The translations under genes were made by a program, and so were the position numbers. A stretch of 32,000 nt of DNA from a cyanobacterium endosymbiont of Braarudosphaera bigelowii (lineage in GTDB: Bacteria > Cyanobacteriota > Cyanobacteriia > Cyanobacteriales > Microcystaceae), in the NCBI RefSeq assembly GCF_020885515.1, contig NZ_AP024987.1:690001-722000 (forward strand), given 5' to 3'. Shown here one piece after another: positions 19,843 to 28,147 of the stretch (its first letter is position 1; each line of letters opens with the position of its first letter). The notes beneath the pieces were generated by a model. That model worked only from the letters and a program-made list of their open reading frames with translations. It had not been told where the DNA came from and searched no databases.

Positions 19843-20195
19843 AAAGAGTTAGACATAAGCCGGATTCTGTTCTAAAGGAGAGTCATCTATCTAGGATACT
19901 TGTTACCAAATATCTCTTGCGGTACACCTAAATGGGATTGGAAAAAGATCAACCATTTTATCCCTCCGACCTTGCTCCCAACTGGGGTTTGCCGAGCCAG
20001 TACCTCACGATACTGCTGGTATGCTCTTACCATACCTTTGCACCCTTACCTTGTTATTAAGGCGGTATTTTTCTGTGGCACTATCCTCACGCTCGCGCGC
20101 ACTGGGTATTATCCAGCAAGTCTGATCTTTTGGGAGTCCGGACTTTCCTCAGATTATTTTGTTCAAATAACCCGTAACTCTCTCGCTAACTCTTT
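19843..20195 (-). ncRNA. rnpB: RNase P RNA, bacterial type A (~350 nt)
   Basis: The minus strand reads AGAGUUAGCGAGAGAGUUACGGG...GAGGAAAGUCCGGACUCCCAAAAGAUCAGACUUGCUGGAUAAUACCCAGUGCG...GUAAGAGCAUACC...GGCAAACCCCA...ACAGAAUCCGGCUUAUGUCUAACUCUUUUU. The universally conserved P4 halves (GAGGAAAGUCCGG / ACAGAAUCCGGCUUA) and the P1 pairing AGAGUUAG/CUAACUCU are present. TATACT -10-like box at 20204-20199. This is a local G+C island in an AT-rich spacer. Ends are approximate (+/-5 nt). Confidence 0.92.
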
Positions 20196-20260
20196 AATAG
20201 TATATCTTAGTATTTTTTACAAAATAATTTCAATTTTTTATGTATCTCAGAAATAATACA

Positions 20261-20286
20261 ATGCTAAAAATAGAATTTTTTAGCAT
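20261..20286 (-). terminator. Candidate terminator downstream of the TerB-like gene / insulator upstream of rnpB
   Basis: ATGCTAAAAA (20261-20270) pairs with TTTTTAGCAT (20277-20286) around a 6-nt loop. On the minus strand it is followed by the T-rich tgtattattt. Confidence 0.35.
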
Positions 20287-20433
20287 AAAATTAAATATTT
20301 TTTACTCTAATTGATAAAAGCAGATCAAATAAAAAATAACTATTATCTAGGATAAAAATACATTCTACTATTTTAAAGTGGACCAACTTATTTATTGTTA
20401 GCTTGTGATCTATAAAAAAATTGATTATGCTCT

Positions 20434-20862
20434 CTAATTTTGAACTATTTTATCAATGGCATTTCTGAACATTTTTTGTAAAATTTTAACAGTCCTAGCA
20501 AAGCTTAATTGATAATAATTCTGTGAAGGATCAAGAAACTGTAATTTATTCAATAACTGAGCCTCTTGTATCTGAATGTCTCCATCACTATAAATTAAAG
20601 CACTTAAAGATTCTAGAAGTTCTTGATAATCTTCTCTTGTTGGATTATTGCCTAAATATTCTTCTAACCATTGATAGCATTGATTTGCTTTAATCGGTTT
20701 TAATTCTGATAAAAAATACTGTAATTCTATATCTTTGGATAATCCATGATATTCTAATATGTACTTTAGATAATTTCTTTCCTCCATTTGAATAATCCCA
20801 TCTATCCAAGCAACTCCAATTAAAATTTTAAGTAGTTGCTTATTTTTATACTTTCTATTCAT
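20434..20862 (-). CDS. TerB-like / DjlA-N-like small helical protein (142 aa)
   Basis: LLKILIGVAWIDGIIQMEERNYLKYIL and a second ALIYSDGDIQIQEAQLLNKL repeat resemble the paired amphipathic repeats (aWaDG..)..E...L of TerB-family proteins. Function unknown. Confidence 0.5.
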   Translation of the reverse strand: MNRKYKNKQLLKILIGVAWIDGIIQMEERNYLKYILEYHGLSKDIELQYFLSELKPIKANQCYQWLEEYLGNNPTREDYQELLESLSALIYSDGDIQIQEAQLLNKLQFLDPSQNYYQLSFARTVKILQKMFRNAIDKIVQN

Positions 20863-20905
20863 TATCTATTGACTAAGTCCTTAATATACTTTAACAACTA
20901 GTTCT

Positions 20906-22267
20906 CTAATATATTTTAGTAGAATTTTTTCGTAATTTCACCATAAAAAATCCATCCATATAATGTTGGTGAGGAAATATTTGTAAGCATCCTGATGGTG
21001 TGATGAAAGGTGAAAAAGGTTTAGAAAAAAGGGGTTTTTCAATGTGCCATTCAGGATTGTCTTTAAGAAAATTGTGAACAATTATTTCATTCTCTGCGAT
21101 ATTTAAAGTACATGTAGAGTATACTAGTACGCCATTTGGTTTTACCCATTGAGCTGCTCTATGTAGTATTTTCTTTTGCATTATTGATAACTGCTTTATT
21201 TTTTCCGGAGTTTGTCTCCATCGAATATCTGGATTTCTGTGTAAAGTACCTAATCCAGAACAAGGAGCATCTATAAGGACACGATCAGCAAAGTTAGTAA
21301 ATTGTTGTAGGTAGCGACTGTCTCCTTTAATGAGCTTAATTGATTTCAATCCTAATCTTTCTACATTCTGTTGAATTTTTCCAAGACGAGATGAAATACG
21401 ATCACAAGCTAAGATTAATCCTTTGTCTTGCATTAATTCAGCAATATGAGTAGTTTTTCCTCCGGGTGCAGCACAGGCATCAATAATTATATCTCCTACT
21501 TTTGGATCTAACAGATAGCTAACTAATTGTGCGCTAATGTCTTGTACTGTCCAATTTCCTTTCATAAATCCTGGTAAATTTTTTATATCACCTATTTTTC
21601 CTTTTAGTCTTAATGCGTAGGGTAAATATGGTAAGTATTCTACATTTACCTTAGCCATAATCAGGTTTCTTCTTACCTCCTCAATAGTAGTTCTAAGACT
21701 ATTTATGCGTATATCAATTGTTGGAGACTGATTGAACCAATAACATAGTTTTTCTGTAGTACTTTTTCCCCATCTTTGGTGCCAATGTTCAACTATCCAA
21801 CTAGGAAAACTATATTTTATTCCTGTAATATTGGAAGAACTTCCTGATAGTGTCAACTGATAGTTTCTTTTTTCTCTTATCCTGATGTATTTTCTTAGTA
21901 TTGCATTAACAACCTTAGAAAGACCGTTCAAATTATTATTTTTTGCAAGATCTACACTTGTATTAACAGCTGCAGATGGAGGAATATGGTCAAGATATAA
22001 AAGTTGATACAGTCCAATATGGAGAATACGGCGTAGAACTGGTGATTGCTTTTGAGATTTTTTGTTTCCTAACTGATCAATTAAATTGTCTAAGGTCCGT
22101 TGACAACGTATTATTCCATAAACTAACTCTGTACATAAACTACGATCATTTTTATTTAAAATAATATCTTTAAGAGCATGGTTTAAAGATATGTTAATAA
22201 AACTATTATTTTTATCTATCTCTCTTAAAACTTTTAAAGTTAGTTCACGAACATTTGAAACTTTCAA
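20906..22267 (-). CDS. rsmB: 16S rRNA (cytosine967-C5)-methyltransferase RsmB/Sun (453 aa)
   Basis: N-terminal NusB-like domain (R.L.L.VL..I), SAM motif DACAAPGGKT, catalytic DAPCSG.G....PD and YSTCT. The start codon is TTG (22267); in-frame stops lie immediately upstream and no ATG/GTG is nearby. Confidence 0.87.
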   Translation of the reverse strand: MKVSNVRELTLKVLREIDKNNSFINISLNHALKDIILNKNDRSLCTELVYGIIRCQRTLDNLIDQLGNKKSQKQSPVLRRILHIGLYQLLYLDHIPPSAAVNTSVDLAKNNNLNGLSKVVNAILRKYIRIREKRNYQLTLSGSSSNITGIKYSFPSWIVEHWHQRWGKSTTEKLCYWFNQSPTIDIRINSLRTTIEEVRRNLIMAKVNVEYLPYLPYALRLKGKIGDIKNLPGFMKGNWTVQDISAQLVSYLLDPKVGDIIIDACAAPGGKTTHIAELMQDKGLILACDRISSRLGKIQQNVERLGLKSIKLIKGDSRYLQQFTNFADRVLIDAPCSGLGTLHRNPDIRWRQTPEKIKQLSIMQKKILHRAAQWVKPNGVLVYSTCTLNIAENEIIVHNFLKDNPEWHIEKPLFSKPFSPFITPSGCLQIFPHQHYMDGFFMVKLRKNSTKIY

Positions 22268-22555
22268 AATATAATGTTATCAAGAATTAAGCTACAGGCT
22301 GGAATGATTAGAAATTTAAAATCAATTGTGTAAATACATTAAAATTATATAAACAATATTAAAAAATTGCTACCATACAGCGTTATTTAATTTTATTAAA
22401 TGACTGAATTTCAACAAATGATAACAACAAAGCCATTCCTAAAATTACAGTTTTTATAAAATAATAGAAAGAGAACTTGAACTTAAATAAACATGGTATT
22501 AAAAAATTAACAAGTCTAATATGCAATTATCAAATAACGTATCAAATTTTTAGAA

Positions 22556-23269
22556 ATGAATAAAACAACAGGAACTTTATATGGAATTAGTATGGGACCA
22601 GGTGATCCTGAATTAATTACTGTAAAAGGAAAAAGATTATTAGAAGAGACACCTGTTCTGGCCTTTCCCACAGGAATATTAGGTAAGAAAGGAGTAGCTG
22701 AAGAAATAATTTCTTTTTGGGTCGATGATAAACAAATAAAATTACCTTTATGTTTTCCTTATGTGAAAGATAAGAAACAATTGAGAGAAGCTTGGAAAAA
22801 AGCTGCTCTTGATATTGGAAATTATCTTTGCAAAGGGATAGACGTAGCTTTCACTTGCGAAGGAGATATAAATTTTTTTAGTACTTTTACATACTTAGCA
22901 CAGTTTATACTTAAAAAATTCCCTCAAATTTCAATAAAAACTGTTCCTGGTGTCTGTTCTCCATTGGCTTCTGCTTCTGCTCTAGGTGTTCCATTAACTT
23001 TTTATTCCCAAAATTTAGCTATTCTTCCCGTGGTCCATAATGTAAACGATATTCGGGTAATAGCGAATTGGGCTAATGTAATTGTTTTGTTAAAAGTAAG
23101 TTCTGTTTATACTCATATATGGGATATCCTACAAGATCTAAATTTGTTACAAAACGCTTCTTTGATCGTTAGAGCTACACAATTAGAAGAAAAGATATAT
23201 ACAGATTTAACTAATTATCGTTGTTTATCTATTCCATATTTTTCTTTAATGGTTATTCAAACCAATTAA
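22556..23269 (+). CDS. cobI: Precorrin-2 C20-methyltransferase (CobI/CbiL, 237 aa)
   Basis: GTLYGISMGPGDPELITVKG N-terminus, the GD....S.F motif (CEGDINFFSTFTY) and VPGV.S......LG.PL are tetrapyrrole methylase family features with the CobI/CbiL pattern. Confidence 0.85.
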   Translation: MNKTTGTLYGISMGPGDPELITVKGKRLLEETPVLAFPTGILGKKGVAEEIISFWVDDKQIKLPLCFPYVKDKKQLREAWKKAALDIGNYLCKGIDVAFTCEGDINFFSTFTYLAQFILKKFPQISIKTVPGVCSPLASASALGVPLTFYSQNLAILPVVHNVNDIRVIANWANVIVLLKVSSVYTHIWDILQDLNLLQNASLIVRATQLEEKIYTDLTNYRCLSIPYFSLMVIQTN

Positions 23270-23281
23270 CTAGAAAATCAG

Positions 23282-23350
23282 GACAAACAATGTTAATAAT
23301 TCAAAATATTTACTAATAGAAAATATTTTGAATTATTAACATTGTTTGTC
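23282..23350 (+). terminator. Perfect 30-bp stem-loop immediately 3' of cobI
   Basis: GACAAACAATGTTAATAATTCAAAATATTT (23282-23311) is the exact reverse complement of 23321-23350, with a 9-nt loop ACTAATAGA. It starts 13 nt after the cobI stop. No U-tract follows. Confidence 0.55.
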
Positions 23351-23570
23351 TAGACGTATTAATATATTGTTACGAGATGATTAGTTTTAGTAGACTATAT
23401 TTTTTAGCTTAGAAATAAGAGATAACTTATTTTTATAAATTCATTTTCATGTTTTCAGTGGCAGTAGAAAATAAATATCAGTTTTAATCAAATAATAGAT
23501 TATTATATATGTTATGTTAGCTTAATTAACAAACTTTAAGAAAATAAAATCTTATTTATTTCTCTAAAGC

Positions 23571-23579
23571 TGCTATAAT
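23571..23579 (+). promoter_or_regulatory. Candidate extended -10 promoter element for rpsD
   Basis: TGCTATAAT (TGn + TATAAT) lies 34 nt upstream of the rpsD ATG, with an AGGAG SD at 23596-23600. The -35 is weak. Confidence 0.3.
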
Positions 23580-23612
23580 AAAGCTTTTGTATACTAGGAG
23601 AAAACTAATTAC

Positions 23613-24221
23613 ATGTCTCGTTATAGAGGGCCTCGCCTTAGGGTTGTACGAAGACTTGGAGAACTTCCAGGATTAAGTAGAAAAAACCCTCGTCGCACTT
23701 ATCCACCTGGACAACATGGTCAGGGTCGTAGAAAACGTTCTGAATATGCTGTGCGACTCGAAGAAAAACAAAAACTTCTTTACAATTACGGTGTAACTGA
23801 AAAACAGCTAATTCGTTACATGAAGAAAGCTCGTCGTGCCACTGGTTCTACAGGACAAAAACTATTGGAACTTTTGGAAATGCGTTTAGATAACACAGTA
23901 TTTCGTTTAGGAATGGCTGGAACTATCCCTGGTGCTCGCCAGCTCGTAAACCATTGTCATGTATTAGTAAACGGACGTATTGTTAATATTGCTAGCTATC
24001 AATGTCGCGCTGGGGATGTTATTTCTGTTCGAAATAACGATAATTCTCGCCGTATGGTAGAAACTAATATGCAATATCCCGGATTAGCTAATCTTCCTGA
24101 ACATCTAGAATTTGATAAAAACACTTTCACTGGTAAAGTTAACGATGTAATTAAACGTGAATGGGTTGCACTACAAATTAATGAGCTTCTAGTTGTTGAA
24201 TATTATTCTCGAAAAGTATAA
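23613..24221 (+). CDS. rpsD: 30S ribosomal protein S4 (202 aa)
   Basis: [16 protein letters not shown]...[21 protein letters not shown], the S4 RNA-binding domain [13 protein letters not shown]...ARQLV.H.H..VNG..V.I.SY. Confidence 0.96.
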   Translation: MSRYRGPRLRVVRRLGELPGLSRKNPRRTYPPGQHGQGRRKRSEYAVRLEEKQKLLYNYGVTEKQLIRYMKKARRATGSTGQKLLELLEMRLDNTVFRLGMAGTIPGARQLVNHCHVLVNGRIVNIASYQCRAGDVISVRNNDNSRRMVETNMQYPGLANLPEHLEFDKNTFTGKVNDVIKREWVALQINELLVVEYYSRKV

Positions 24222-24226
24222 GCTAG

Positions 24227-24250
24227 ATAAACAATTTTATGATTGTTTAT
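24227..24250 (+). terminator. Candidate terminator hairpin downstream of rpsD
   Basis: ATAAACAAT (24227-24235) pairs with ATTGTTTAT (24242-24250) around a 6-nt loop, starting 6 nt after the rpsD stop. A second small GC hairpin GGTTGC-TTAG-GCAACC lies at 24268-24283. Confidence 0.3.
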
Positions 24251-24548
24251 TCTGCATGTGAGATAGAGGTTGCTTAGGCAACCCTTACCAATTTAACTCT
24301 GTCACTTTTCCTACACAAAAGTCAGTTGAATATAAGAATATAAAAATTAACAGATTAAGCAACTTCTCTAAAACATACTTACACTAAATAATTTTTTAGT
24401 TACTTTAGATTTAAACTATTCTATAAATTTCTGTGACGGTATTTTATTCAGATATTGAAGTAAACGATAATAACTCTATAGTATTTAGACCCCAGATATC
24501 TAATATCTTTATTTAGGTAATTCTTCTTTGTTTATAAAAACTTGTATA

Positions 24549-25724
24549 TTATTTTTCCCAGTACTTATAAGCTGTATAAGCTAAGGTAGTTATTCCTACT
24601 GCAATAGCAGATTCATCTATATCAAATAAAGGATGATGTAAAGGATGATTTATCTTATTTGAATAGCCAGTGCCTAGTCGGAACATTGTTCCTCGTGAAT
24701 ATTGCAAGTATGAAGAAAAATCTTCTGAGCCTAATGATGGTTCAGATAAAATTTTAATTGAATCATTTCCCCATGCCTCTCGAGAAGCTTCTTCTAGAAT
24801 ACTGGTAAGATAAGTATCATTTTGAACAGAAGCTACTCCCCATCGATAATCAATTTCATATTTAGCATTATGAGCTTTACAAACATTAGCAATAATAGTC
24901 TCTATCCATTTAGGTAATTGAGCACGAGTTTCAGGATGTAATGAACGTATTGTACCAGTCATTTTGACTCGATCCGCAATAATATTAGGAGCATGCCCTC
25001 CAGCAATTTGTCCAATTGTTAAAACTAAAGGATGCAAGGGATTTTGAGTACGGCTGATAGCCTGTTGTAAAGTCGTAATTATTTGAGATGCGATCCATAT
25101 TGCATCTACAGCTTCGTGAGGTCGAGCTCCGTGCCCTGACTCACCTTTAATGAACACTTCAATATCATCTACCGCAGCTGTTAGTGTTCCATACTTAATG
25201 CCAATAGAACCTGCAGGAAGAGAAGGAAAAACATGAACTCCAATAATTGCATCAACATTATTCATTACACCATCTCGTACCATCCATTTAGCTCCTTGAG
25301 CTATTTCTTCTGCAGGTTGAAATAGAAAGCGAACATGACCTCTTAGTTCTTTTTTTAACATAGATAAAATAATCGCAGTTCCTATGCCTACTGTAGTATG
25401 AACATCATGACCACAAGCATGCATTATTCCAGGATTATAAGAAGAAAAATTTAATTTAGTTTTTTCTTCTATAGGTAGGGCATCCATGTCAGTACGAATT
25501 GCTAAAACACTAGTTTTTTCAGAATCGTTGATTAAATGCCCTACAACTCCTGTTTTACCAATAAATTTTTCTACAGGGATATCATAAGAAGAAAGTATAT
25601 TTGCTACATAAGCAGCTGTCTGATGTTCTTTCCCACTTAATTCTGGATAAGAATGTAAATGTCGACGAATCTCGACAAATCTAGGCAGAAGATCTCTAAC
25701 GAGATTTTTTATTTGGGATAGCAT
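24549..25724 (-). CDS. M20-family amidohydrolase (N-acyl-L-amino-acid / hippurate hydrolase-like, 391 aa)
   Basis: IRR.LH..PELS..E..T, DMDALP, HACGHD, FQPAEE and GHGA.PH metal-ligand motifs of the M20D (ILR1/AmhX/HipO-like) subfamily. Confidence 0.82.
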   Translation of the reverse strand: MLSQIKNLVRDLLPRFVEIRRHLHSYPELSGKEHQTAAYVANILSSYDIPVEKFIGKTGVVGHLINDSEKTSVLAIRTDMDALPIEEKTKLNFSSYNPGIMHACGHDVHTTVGIGTAIILSMLKKELRGHVRFLFQPAEEIAQGAKWMVRDGVMNNVDAIIGVHVFPSLPAGSIGIKYGTLTAAVDDIEVFIKGESGHGARPHEAVDAIWIASQIITTLQQAISRTQNPLHPLVLTIGQIAGGHAPNIIADRVKMTGTIRSLHPETRAQLPKWIETIIANVCKAHNAKYEIDYRWGVASVQNDTYLTSILEEASREAWGNDSIKILSEPSLGSEDFSSYLQYSRGTMFRLGTGYSNKINHPLHHPLFDIDESAIAVGITTLAYTAYKYWEK

Positions 25725-25733
25725 AAAAGTCTT

Positions 25734-25798
25734 ATAGATTATTGTAATGTTAATAGTACTAGCTAAATATTAGTACTATTAACATTACAATAATCTAT
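25734..25798 (-). promoter_or_regulatory. Perfect 28-bp palindrome/stem-loop ending 9 nt upstream of the amidohydrolase start codon
   Basis: 25734-25761 is the exact reverse complement of 25771-25798, with a 9-nt loop. The gene-proximal arm contains TACAAT 16 nt upstream of the ATG. Function (5'-UTR structure, operator or terminator) is undetermined. Confidence 0.5.
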
Positions 25799-26286
25799 GG
25801 AGTTTAAGAACTTTTTAAGTATTAAATTCATAATTATTAGTACTAGTTATTGAACTTATAAAAATTAATTAACTTAAAACTATTTAGGTAGAGTACTTAG
25901 TAGTTTAGTAATATGGCAAAAATCATATTTATAGTAGAAAGTAAAGCTACGACCAACTCATAATCAGATAGGCCTAACAAAGATATTTCTTAAAGCTTAA
26001 TTTTTATTAAACAATATAAAATAATAACTGTGAAACATAACTAAGACTATTCAATATAAAAATATATTTAAAAAACTAAAATAATCTGTTGATTCTGAAA
26101 CTCTTAAAAAAGATATAATTATTCTAAAGATTAAATTAATTACATTACAAATTGTCTCAAAACTTAGTTATGTAAATAATTAAAATTGCTTTAGTATTTA
26201 TTTACATAGTTAGATCACTGATTCTCATAAACGACTTAAAACTTTTTAATTATTTTTACAAGAAGTCAATAAATATAATTGAGGTT

Positions 26287-27432
26287 TTAGAAAGGAAGAT
26301 AAACATCACCAAGTAACATTGAGTAGTAAGCTCCAGTAACTTGTGGCAAACTACCTGGTATTTTACTCACATATCTCCAATAGGCCAGAACTGCAAAAGA
26401 AATTGCTTCTTTAAAGTCACTATTTAGACCAACCTCAGTAGTCGTTTTTACTATAGTATTTTGGGGAGAATGATGATTAATACGTTCTTTTAAATAAAGA
26501 TTGTGACTACCTCCTCCACATAACAATATTTCATCAATAGGATATTTAATAAAATGCTTATAACTATTAGTAATAGAAATTGCAGTTAACTCTGTAATAG
26601 TAGTTAAAAAATCTGTCTCGGATAACTTATAAGCTTGAGCATCATTCCAACAATATTCTAAATATTCTTCTCCGAAAAGTTCTCTACCAGTAGATTTCGG
26701 AGGCTTTTTGTGAAAAAAATCATGATTTAACCACTTTTCAATTAGTTGATAATTAGGTTTACCCTGAGATGCCCAAATCCCATTACTATCATAAAACTGT
26801 TTTCCATTACTTAACTTGTTAATAGTTAAATCAATCAACATATTTCCTGGCCCAGTGTCCCATCCTGTAATGTTTTTATACCAATCTTCTGTACATTTTG
26901 GTGGTAAATATGTAACATTACCGATCCCGCCAATATTTTGTATACATCTATGATAGTGAGGATGACTTAATAGACAAGCATCCACTGCTGATACTAGTGG
27001 TGCTCCTTGACCACCAGCAGCTATGTCGGCAGCCCGAAAATTATTAACTGTTGGGATGCCTGTAAGATTGGCGATAATTTCTCCTCTACCTAATTGAATT
27101 GTATATCCTATGCTATTTATGGCCGGTGGTCGATGAAATACAGTTTGTCCATGAGATCCAATTAACTCTATGGGAAAATGCTTTTTTCTAACTTCTTTAA
27201 CAACATTTACAAAGGATAAAGCAATTTCTTCATCTAATTTCGCAAATTCTTCAATTGATAAAGAATTACCTTCAGCAACCCTCAAAATTTGATTTCGGAT
27301 TTTCTCTGGATAAGAGTAACTAATATTCAATAGATATTTAATTCTTAGATCAAGCTTACTTCCTTGGATTTTTATTAATGCTGCATCAATACTGTCTACT
27401 GATGTACCACTCATTAGTCCGAGACAATACAT
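26287..27432 (-). CDS. anmK: Anhydro-N-acetylmuramic acid kinase (381 aa)
   Basis: GLMSGTS.D.IDAAL N-terminus, GSHGQT..H, N.R..D.A.GGQGAPLV, GGIGN and GGG..N motifs of the AnmK family (ASKHA fold). Confidence 0.9.
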   Translation of the reverse strand: MYCLGLMSGTSVDSIDAALIKIQGSKLDLRIKYLLNISYSYPEKIRNQILRVAEGNSLSIEEFAKLDEEIALSFVNVVKEVRKKHFPIELIGSHGQTVFHRPPAINSIGYTIQLGRGEIIANLTGIPTVNNFRAADIAAGGQGAPLVSAVDACLLSHPHYHRCIQNIGGIGNVTYLPPKCTEDWYKNITGWDTGPGNMLIDLTINKLSNGKQFYDSNGIWASQGKPNYQLIEKWLNHDFFHKKPPKSTGRELFGEEYLEYCWNDAQAYKLSETDFLTTITELTAISITNSYKHFIKYPIDEILLCGGGSHNLYLKERINHHSPQNTIVKTTTEVGLNSDFKEAISFAVLAYWRYVSKIPGSLPQVTGAYYSMLLGDVYLPF

Positions 27433-28147
27433 ATCTAAAATTAATTTTTTGTAAACTACAGCTTTTTAAAGCTTATCTTAGTATATATGCAATTATTTTT
27501 ATAACATAACTAACTTATTAAAATATTTCATCCGACATTTATTAAAATTGTAATATTAAATGTAATATATTCTATCAAATAGACAACATTAAATTTTTAT
27601 ATCTACATAGTATCTTGTAAAGTAGATATTTTTAAAAAATAAAGAATAAAAACTCTAGAACGCTATTAATAACAAATTTGTATTTATCAAAATACTTACT
27701 CTAAAAAATAGTGAAATACAAGTTAAAAAGATTTATTTCTAATTGTTAAAAATATTTGGAGTATATAAAAGAGGTTAAAATAACTTTTTTTTAATTTTAT
27801 TAATACTATGAAAATATTTATACTTAAGAAAAAGATTATGTTCTTATGCTAAAAACTATATTATATAAATATTACTAACTTAAAATATTTTTACTGTACT
27901 TAACTTAAGTTATCTAATGGCCCAGTTAAATTAAAAAAAATTATACTGAGATATTAGTATAGTTTCTATGGCAACCTTAAAATGTTTATCACAGTGATCA
28001 AGCTAATTATTTTAGCTTACACAAACATAAAACTAACAAAGTATTACTAATAGTAACATCTTTAAAATCTCAACTTTTATTAACCAATCTTACTCTTAAA
28101 CTTTTTATTGAGAGGCAATTGATATTTTATACTAATAACACTTCATA

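Noticed and set aside
19900-20256. 118-aa ORF on the plus strand from the ORF track
   Set aside because: It lies exactly antisense to the RNase P RNA. Its open frame is a by-product of the G+C-rich structured RNA, and the peptide has no recognisable features.
22268-22555. Possible cobalamin riboswitch upstream of cobI
   Set aside because: The spacer is almost pure A/T, with no B12-box-like GCCACTG core and no G+C-rich helices.
25941-25975. Slightly G+C-richer patch (gctacgaccaactcataatcagataggcc) considered as a tRNA fragment with a CAU anticodon loop
   Set aside because: The flanking bases do not form an anticodon stem, and no T-arm or acceptor stem is present.
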